Assembly (NCBI GenBank): GCA_024137785.1
Contig: JAHRHZ010000095.1
Location: forward strand, 1,645,851-1,709,850
Direction of reading: 5' to 3'
Source: Ginglymostoma cirratum
Taxonomy: Eukaryota
Length of the DNA: 64,000 bases
Numbering within the stretch: the stretch's first letter is position 1; each line of letters opens with the position of its first letter. The position numbers and the translations under genes are program-made. Below the pieces are notes generated by a model. That model saw only the letters and a list, made by a program, of their open reading frames with translations. It did no database searches and was not told the origin of the DNA. Of the stretch, positions 60,401-64,000 are shown one piece after another.

Positions 60401-62591
60401 AAAGTGTCAAATGATATTCCACAAGTCTCATCATTGGGAACAGTGTTCATGTTTTACATGAACAATTTGGAGTCAGGAAACAGGAGTGGACATCACTGAA
60501 TCAGAGATTTATATTAATATTGAGGAACACTGTGACAAATTGTAAATCAATGTTAATAAACTTACAAAAAGGGCATGTCATTGTGAAATTGATTTCAGTT
60601 AAGATAAATGGAAGGTCACTCAGTAAGAAGAATATAGAGGTCACTCTCTGGAAATAAGAATACAAGTGGGTTAGAAAGCAGAAGGATCTAAAGGTACAGA
60701 TGAGCAAATCACTAACGATAATGATACAGACTATCAAAAGGGGAAAATAGCATTGGGTTTCATTTCCATAGGGAGAGGATGGAATAACGGACCTTTGTAT
60801 TAAACACAGTTGAACCTTGTTGAGCCCACATGGTCACGGTTCTGCTCTCCGTACAGTATATGCAAGCATTGGAGAAGATGCAAATAGTAACTAAAAAGGG
60901 TGACGCCAGAAATAAAATGAGAAACTTATCAGGTAAAACTCAACAAACCAGGGCTGTCCTCTCTAGGGAAAGGAAAGTTGAGGGATAACCTGGTTTTGGT
61001 CTTAAAGATCATGAAAGGAATTGTTAGGGTTGTAGAAAGAGGGCAATGGATTGTTTTCAACATAATGTAATTTTGATTGGAGTAACCAGAAGTGTGTGCA
61101 TCATTCCTGCATTCATCCTTTTTCCCAAACAGTTGCAATTAAAATTTCAAATGCCAGCAACATGCATAAGAGATACTTGCAATGATGTGAGAGCTGAAGC
61201 CTTTGAATGGCTGAATGCACTATCAGTTGACAATTCTGCAGCTACAGATGGGCTGTAAGAGGAACCTGCTGGCAAAATTGCATCACTGTCAAAACTTCTA
61301 TACCAACTTCGCTGCTATTAACATAAGTTTTGATAGGTCAAATGTTGCAGGGATGATTTTCATAGTTAACTTGTAAGCTGCAACATGTTACTTGTAAATA
61401 TTTAGCATTACATTAGTTTCACTTTATTCGTGTATGTAATAGATGTTAATGATAGAAGTTTCAGGGAAGAAAATTGCTGTTAATCTTTTGAATGCCTCTT
61501 GTCATGTCTGTATACAGATAGTCTGTTGATTCTGTACCATTGCAGGTGGACTTGCCCCATCTAAAGCTGCTAAGTATAGAGGTAAATATTCCTACTTCTG
61601 ATATAATCATTAATCTGTATAATCATCAAATTATTGTTTTACATTTGAGAGTGTAATGTAGTTTTATTCTGTTAAAGAGATTAATGATATTTGTAAATTA
61701 ATGATTTACTGGGTGAAATTTAATGTCCTTCTCTTTGAGGAGTTTGGCAGTTGAGGGTGGGGAGGCTTTTGACTCTGAATGGAGAGTGGTGATTGGCTTC
61801 CCATCTCCATCATAATTAAGTTCATCGTGTGAAGATCTGTGGGTGTACGCAGCCTCTAAATTTAACCAAATGATGAACAGGGCTCAGCATGTGAGGGGTA
61901 TAATAATCAAACTCATAGATGGTTGATGGGAGGACTGTAGTGGTGCAATGGTCGTGTGCCTACTTCTGAACCAGGAGGGCTGAATTCAATTCCCATCTGC
62001 TTCAGATGTGTGGAATAATATCTCTGAGCAGATTGATTGGAAAGTACCTGATTGCTTGTATGCTTTCGGGTAGAGGGGGCATCACTAAAAGGTACTCAAT
62101 GCCTGACCAAGGAACCCAGCATTTAGGATTGGAGATTGTTGCCGAGAGCCGCCTCCCTGCTTTTGCTGTTGATCTGTATTCATATCTCCATGATCAGACT
62201 CCACAATCCCTTCTTGCCATCACTCACCACATTTAGCCAAGCCTTGGATGTGTGCCCTATCAGCAACAATCACTGCCTCTCCATTGGTACTGCTCTTCAA
62301 ATAACCTGCTGTTCCCGGATTGACTGGAGAAACCTAGTGGGTGCGACCTCTGCCCACAGGATCCTTGAATCCAGGGAAAGCTTGACACTGTCCGCTTAAG
62401 TGCATGAGAATGCCTCTTTTGTGGAAGGCTATGTGGATCTCTCACTGGCTCTTCAGCCAGTGGGCAAGAATCACATCTTTAAAAACTGTCCAATATTTCT
62501 GATTATTAAATTCTTGTAATCTCAATTGCAGGCCTGGGATTGGGTGTGCAACCTGGCGTAGGAGTAGGTGTTCTGCCTGACATCGGAGTGG
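3392..62591 (+). CDS. eln: Tropoelastin-like (elastin) gene, internal 15-exon portion; both ends lie outside the window
   Basis: 15 AG/GT-flanked phase-1 exons total 912 nt and join in frame without stops. KAAKY cross-link exons alternate with G/V/P hydrophobic exons, the established tropoelastin architecture. Exon letters below are local to this window. Confidence 0.9.
6198..6332 (+). mobile_element. Solo Penelope-like terminal repeat with hammerhead motif
   Basis: Near-identical to the arms of the element at 30307-31067; flanked by the direct repeat atgcacat (6190-6197 and 6333-6340). Confidence 0.8.
6204..6231 (+). ncRNA. Minimal type I hammerhead ribozyme motif
   Basis: CUGAUGA-A-GGGU(UUAG)GCCC-GAAA-C-GUC; short helix I AUUU/AAGU. 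Confidence 0.65.
6925..7385 (-). mobile_element. Degenerate CR1 3' fragment
   Basis: Minus ORF ends [13 protein letters not shown], the typical CR1 ORF2 C-terminus. Confidence 0.7.
7560..8940 (+). mobile_element. Highly degenerate Penelope-like element with an internal insertion
   Basis: [17 protein letters not shown] leads into a decayed GIY-YIG region; ends in a degenerate terminal repeat near 8850-8940. Confidence 0.5.
9558..9593 (+). CDS. eln: Elastin exon B, hydrophobic [12 protein letters not shown]
   Basis: ttgtgctgttaatacag|GAGCGATTCCAGGAGCTGTTCCAGGGGCTATAGCAT|gtacag; 36 nt; weak donor; flanks resemble exon E. Confidence 0.7.
10883..11118. repeat. Long near-perfect inverted repeat
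   Basis: 10908-10979 is the reverse complement of 11022-11093; outer extension acagcacaatgcttat/ataagcattgtgctgt. Confidence 0.9.
11120..11740 (+). mobile_element. Non-autonomous retroposon-like repeat
   Basis: GC-rich body; ends gtgacaataaagctaattcagttcaattc (polyA signal plus short-repeat tail). Confidence 0.45.
11890..14100 (-). mobile_element. Decayed Gypsy-type LTR retrotransposon pol remnant
   Basis: ORF 12683..12940 has ADTSCTGLG and YTLIEKE (RNase H-like). The minus strand near 13330-13377 reads FNRLPFG..APEIF. Confidence 0.75.
14830..15130 (+). mobile_element. 3' tail of a CR1/L2-group LINE
   Basis: Colinear with 34980-35290, ending aactagggatgagaaataaatgcttgcccagcc. Confidence 0.7.
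15382..15426 (+). CDS. eln: Elastin exon C, hydrophobic (G/C)[14 protein letters not shown]
   Basis: atattgcag|GTGGTCCAGGAGCT...GTTGTACCCG|gtaagt; 45 nt. Confidence 0.88.
16190..18430 (-). mobile_element. Degenerate CR1 LINE
   Basis: Minus ORFs with [21 protein letters not shown] and endonuclease-like [10 protein letters not shown]. Confidence 0.8.
17247..17337 (-). mobile_element. Truncated Penelope-like terminal repeat inserted in the CR1
   Basis: Reverse-complement match to 6205-6295; first C of CUGAUGA lost at the junction. Confidence 0.8.
18638..19405 (+). mobile_element. Penelope-like element 3' fragment with inverted terminal repeats
   Basis: EHLCSI...[36 protein letters not shown] (GIY-YIG C-terminus); 18638-18790 is an inverted copy of the 3' end. 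Confidence 0.85.
20364..21360 (-). mobile_element. Penelope-like element of a second family (RT C-terminus plus GIY-YIG), frameshifted
   Basis: [15 protein letters not shown]; [30 protein letters not shown]; REFLEA. Confidence 0.9.
20402..20443 (-). ncRNA. Mutated hammerhead ribozyme motif
   Basis: Minus strand UGCA-CUGAGGA-U-GUUACCA(AGCA)UGGUAAC-AAAA-C-AUC-UGCA; GAAA box reads AAAA. Confidence 0.65.
21852..21887 (+). CDS. eln: Elastin exon D, KA domain [12 protein letters not shown]
   Basis: tctttgtcatttcag|GTGCAGCTGCTGCAGCCAAAGCTGCAAAATATGGAG|gtaaat; 36 nt. Confidence 0.92.
22135..22700 (-). mobile_element. CR1 3' fragment
   Basis: Colinear with 31680-32250. Confidence 0.7.
22720..23300 (+). 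mobile_element. Degenerate CR1 RT fragment
   Basis: ILAWIEDWL and RFADEMKIG motifs. Confidence 0.7.
23320..25500 (-). mobile_element. Degenerate CR1/L2-group LINE, same family as 34140-35310
   Basis: Reverse-complement colinearity, e.g. ccttgatgccaca versus tgtggcatcaagg; shared 3' tail. Confidence 0.75.
26476..26838 (+). mobile_element. tRNA-derived SINE with LINE-derived tail
   Basis: A/B-box-like head (tggcctactgg...ggtttgaatcc); tail gggcaattagggatggataataaatgctg shared with the LINE end at about 35235-35290. Related minus-strand copies at about 25560-25860 and 40545-40910. Confidence 0.75.
27480..28100 (+). mobile_element. CR1 3' fragment
   Basis: LYRALVK...[19 protein letters not shown]. 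Confidence 0.75.
28543..28563 (+). CDS. eln: Elastin microexon E, GAPGGIT
   Basis: ttgtgctattaatttag|GTGCTCCAGGAGGTATAACAG|gtacaa; 21 nt; an alternative in-frame donor follows 28554 (gtataa). Confidence 0.7.
30408..30435 (-). ncRNA. Minimal hammerhead motif, antisense arm
   Basis: gacgtttcgggcctaaacccttcatcag, reverse complement of the 6204-6231 motif. Confidence 0.65.
30974..31001 (+). ncRNA. Minimal hammerhead motif, sense arm
   Basis: ctgatgaagggtttaggcccgaaacgtc. Confidence 0.65.
31228..31263 (+). CDS. eln: Elastin exon [13 protein letters not shown]
   Basis: ttgtgtctttaatacag|GTGCTGAAGGAGCTGTTCAGCCTGGAGTTCCGGGAG|gtaagg; 36 nt. Confidence 0.87.
31662..33930 (-). mobile_element. 5'-truncated young CR1 LINE (RT)
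   Basis: ORFs 32646..33953 and 31743..32636 ([26 protein letters not shown]) separated by one stop; short-repeat tail (aaagaac)n. Confidence 0.95.
34140..35310 (+). mobile_element. CR1/L2-group LINE 3' fragment
   Basis: [14 protein letters not shown]; [17 protein letters not shown]. Confidence 0.85.
35425..35850 (-). mobile_element. Degenerate CR1 3' fragment
   Basis: Colinear with other minus-strand CR1 tails (gaaggaggccatt..., ttctccaaggaaaacaatcccagc). Confidence 0.6.
35900..36225 (-). mobile_element. Deu-domain SINE-like remnant (AmnSINE1/SacSINE1 group)
   Basis: gtttaacatctcatcc...cagcactgcctc and tacttttggagtggcattactgttg resemble the reverse complement of the Deu consensus as recalled from memory. 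Paralogous copies at about 37490-37860, 42620-42830 and 46280-46490. Confidence 0.6.
36412..36492 (+). CDS. eln: Elastin exon [28 protein letters not shown]
   Basis: atcttaatatag|GTGTTGGA...ATTGGAGTTG|gtaatt; 81 nt. Confidence 0.9.
36882..36917 (+). CDS. eln: Elastin exon H, KA domain [12 protein letters not shown]
   Basis: tttcattctag|GCGGAGCTGCTGCATCTAAAGCTGCCAAATATGGAG|gtaaaa; 36 nt. Confidence 0.92.
37661..37748 (-). pseudogene. Degenerate 5S rRNA-derived sequence
   Basis: Minus strand ggccatactagtct...ctaagcag...ttagtgcttggatgggagaccaactgggaata follows 5S rRNA including its C box. Confidence 0.8.
38048..38179 (+). CDS. eln: Elastin exon I, GLGVGVQP(GVGVGVQP)3[12 protein letters not shown]
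   Basis: atctcaatgtag|GTCTTGGA...ATCGGAGTAG|gtaaat; 132 nt; 24-nt coding tandem repeat. Confidence 0.92.
   Translation, partial: VLEWVCSLALEWVCSLALEWVCNLALEWVCNLVLEWVSRLASE
42289..42324 (+). CDS. eln: Elastin exon J, KA domain [12 protein letters not shown]
   Basis: tttctgtcactgcag|GTGCAGCTGCTCCATCTAAAGCTGCTAAATATCAAG|gtaagt; 36 nt. Confidence 0.92.
43009..43089 (+). CDS. eln: Elastin exon [28 protein letters not shown]
   Basis: atctgatttag|GCCTTGGA...ATCGGAGTGG|gtaatt; 81 nt. Confidence 0.9.
43670..44547 (+). mobile_element. CR1 3' fragment
   Basis: aagtttgcagatgacaccaaa (KFADDTK); 3' UTR ending gggcctgtttccgtgctgtatgcctctatgac. Confidence 0.85.
46044..46079 (+). CDS. eln: Elastin exon L, KA domain [12 protein letters not shown]
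   Basis: ctctcattacag|GTGGAGTTGCTGCATCTAAAGCTGCTAAATATGGAG|gtatat; 36 nt. Confidence 0.9.
46671..46874 (+). CDS. eln: Elastin exon M, 8.5 copies of G[LVI]GVGV[QK]P
   Basis: atctcaaactag|GTCTTGGA...ATCGGAGTGG|gtaaat; 204 nt; overlaps ORF 46685..46945. Confidence 0.93.
47750..54850 (-). mobile_element. Older minus-strand CR1 fragments, split by the plus-strand CR1 at 49531-53248
   Basis: The two sides join as ...cccaact|ctgtgttaaattagttagccag; ttggtgtcatccataaactt is the FADD-equivalent on the minus strand. Probably more than one element. Confidence 0.65.
49531..53248 (+). mobile_element. Near-full-length CR1 LINE: ORF1 SGNH-esterase, ORF2 APE endonuclease plus RT; disrupted
   Basis: ORF1 [27 protein letters not shown]; endonuclease FNARS, YRPP, MGDFN, SDH; 572-aa RT ORF with KFADD. 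Frameshifts near 50110, 50590 and 51445 and a stop near 50535. Confidence 0.96.
55084..55596. mobile_element. Penelope-like insertion with inverted termini spanning the assembly gap
   Basis: gagataacaaggtgtagagctggatgaaca left of the gap and its reverse complement right of the gap. Confidence 0.75.
55150..55549. other. Assembly gap (400 N)
   Basis: Run of N. Confidence 1.
57160..57296 (-). mobile_element. Degenerate Penelope-derived short repeat
   Basis: gctgcggatgctggaaatctgaaataaaaacaaagtgctggagaaactcagc; relatives at about 5265-5395, 6745-6850 and 37110-37320. Confidence 0.6.
58050..58287 (-). mobile_element. Solo-LTR-like repeat
   Basis: TG...CA termini, minus-strand AATAAA (ctttatt at about 58095), about 240 bp; family recognised from memory only. 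Confidence 0.5.
59376..59485 (+). mobile_element. Short tRNA-derived SINE
   Basis: tggtgcagtagtagtgt...ggttcaaattcc; relatives at about 61930-62040 (+) and 37570-37660 (-). Confidence 0.65.
59990..61080 (+). mobile_element. Very old CR1 RT remnant
   Basis: aacccaggaactataga (NPGNYR); attccacaag...ttggga (PQG-like); no intact ORF. Confidence 0.55.
61546..61581 (+). CDS. eln: Elastin exon N, KA domain [12 protein letters not shown]
   Basis: ctgtaccattgcag|GTGGACTTGCCCCATCTAAAGCTGCTAAGTATAGAG|gtaaat; 36 nt. Confidence 0.9.
62532..62591 (+). CDS. eln: Elastin exon [21 protein letters not shown]
   Basis: atctcaattgcag|GCCTGGGA...ATCGGAGTGG|gtaatt; 60 nt. Confidence 0.88.
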
Positions 62592-63799
62592 GTAATTTAC
62601 TGAAAAACATTTTCATCTATTAATATTAAAATTTATCTTACTATTATTCTGTGTAAATGATGCTGTCTGGGCACACTTTCAAATTAACACCAAAGGCAGA
62701 AGGAAAATTGTAACTGTAGATTATTGCCATTGTGAAGGATGCTGTAAGGGAAGGTTAATAAATTCAGTTTATAAGTAAATGAACATTTATCATTTAATGT
62801 GCTGAATGGCTGAAGTTTTACATCGTTGTGACACCAGCCTGGGATACTCCTACCCATTGTAATTAATCAAAAGAAAATCACAAGGTTGAGGTGGCACAAA
62901 CAAAATTTCGGAATTAATGATGAGTAACCTCAGTTATAGTGGGAATCAGAGAACTAACATAGCTTAAGTAACACTGTAAGAGTGCATTAAAAGCAGTCGA
63001 TTTAGGGTTTCAGCAGGTAGAAAGAGAAACAATCAATTAGTGCCTAAGGAAAGTATCAACCCAGACCAGGTTTCACCCACAAGTTTGATGTGTTTCTGTG
63101 CAGGTATGGAGCAAATAAGCTTTAATTGTCAACATGTTGTGAAACCAGCAAAAACCAAACGGACTTTGGTTTTTTGAGCTGTATGTATTCTTTAGTCAGT
63201 GGAAAACTCCTTGACACAAGGGTCTTCCACTAAAAATATATTAAACCTAAGATTCTGATTTTTTACTATGTTCATGTTCTTCCTGGAACTCACCAGATAT
63301 CACAAGGAAAAAGGATAACAGAATCTGATGAGGCTGAATAATTGGGAAGCCAAAATCTGAAAATTGCTTTCTTGCCAAAGGTCTTGATCTGAGAGTATGC
63401 TTTCTTTGCTTTCAAGGTTTCTCAAGATTTTGACAGTAATTTCTGAAATTTGAAATTTCCTTTTGATCTTCTCTTCCAAGTTGCCTGGCTTCCCAGCAGC
63501 ATGGCATCCATATCTTTAGCTCTGCTCTGGACCACTGATAAGGAGAAAAGGGAGCAGCAAAGCAGCAGAACCATGACAAGGAAGAACAATAGTAACCTTT
63601 TCCTCAACCACCCATGCTGGGGTACCAGCTGAGGAGGCAATAACTCCAACAGAATAAATATATAAGCAGAAAATTCACTCCCTGAAAATGATTGAGAACT
63701 ATTGCCTCAGGTCGCTCATGAAGCTGATTGCAGTCTATTGATCAGATAACATTCTCTGATATTACTATGATTTTTAAGGAACAAAGCATTGAAATCAGG

Positions 63800-64000
63800 A
63801 TGATGGAGTGTGAAATATTAGATTTAAGTATGTTCGGAAATATTAAGAAGTTTGATATCTTTGAACATGGATATGTTCCCAGGTGCAAATAATATGTAGA
63901 AAAGGCTATTAAGGAAAATAGGAGAAGGAAAATAGGATGCTCTTGCCATCATTTTCCAGCCTTCTCTGGCCATAAGAGTAGTACCAAAGGGCAGGAGGGC
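63800..64000 (+). mobile_element. CR1 fragment cut by the window end
   Basis: ctattaaggaaaataggagaaggaaaataggatgctcttgccatcattttccag resembles the pre-RT LxExxxEIAxAL region. Confidence 0.5.

Noticed and set aside
63090-63130. Possible further exon after tttctgtgcag
   Set aside because: The phase-1 frame gives GMEQISF, which is not elastin-like, and there is no nearby matching donor.

Overview
Vertebrate genomic DNA, not prokaryotic. The repeat content (CR1 LINEs, Penelope-like elements, tRNA-derived and Deu-type SINEs) points to a shark; that assignment is an inference. The main feature is missed by the ORF track: 15 small plus-strand exons (21-204 nt, 912 nt in total, all AG/GT-flanked, all multiples of 3, all phase 1) that splice into a stop-free 304-codon central part of a tropoelastin-like protein. 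Six 36-nt KAAKY cross-link exons alternate with G/V/P-rich exons built on a GVGVGVQP octapeptide. Neither the signal-peptide exon nor the C-terminal Cys/RKRK exon is in the window. Shared intron sequence shows the gene grew by tandem exon-cassette duplication with a four-exon higher-order period, and an old Deu-SINE-like remnant was carried along in the copies. The introns are packed with retroelements, including Penelope-like elements whose terminal repeats contain minimal hammerhead-ribozyme motifs. There is a 400-nt assembly gap at 55150-55549. Repeat family names are from recognition only, and repeat boundaries are approximate.
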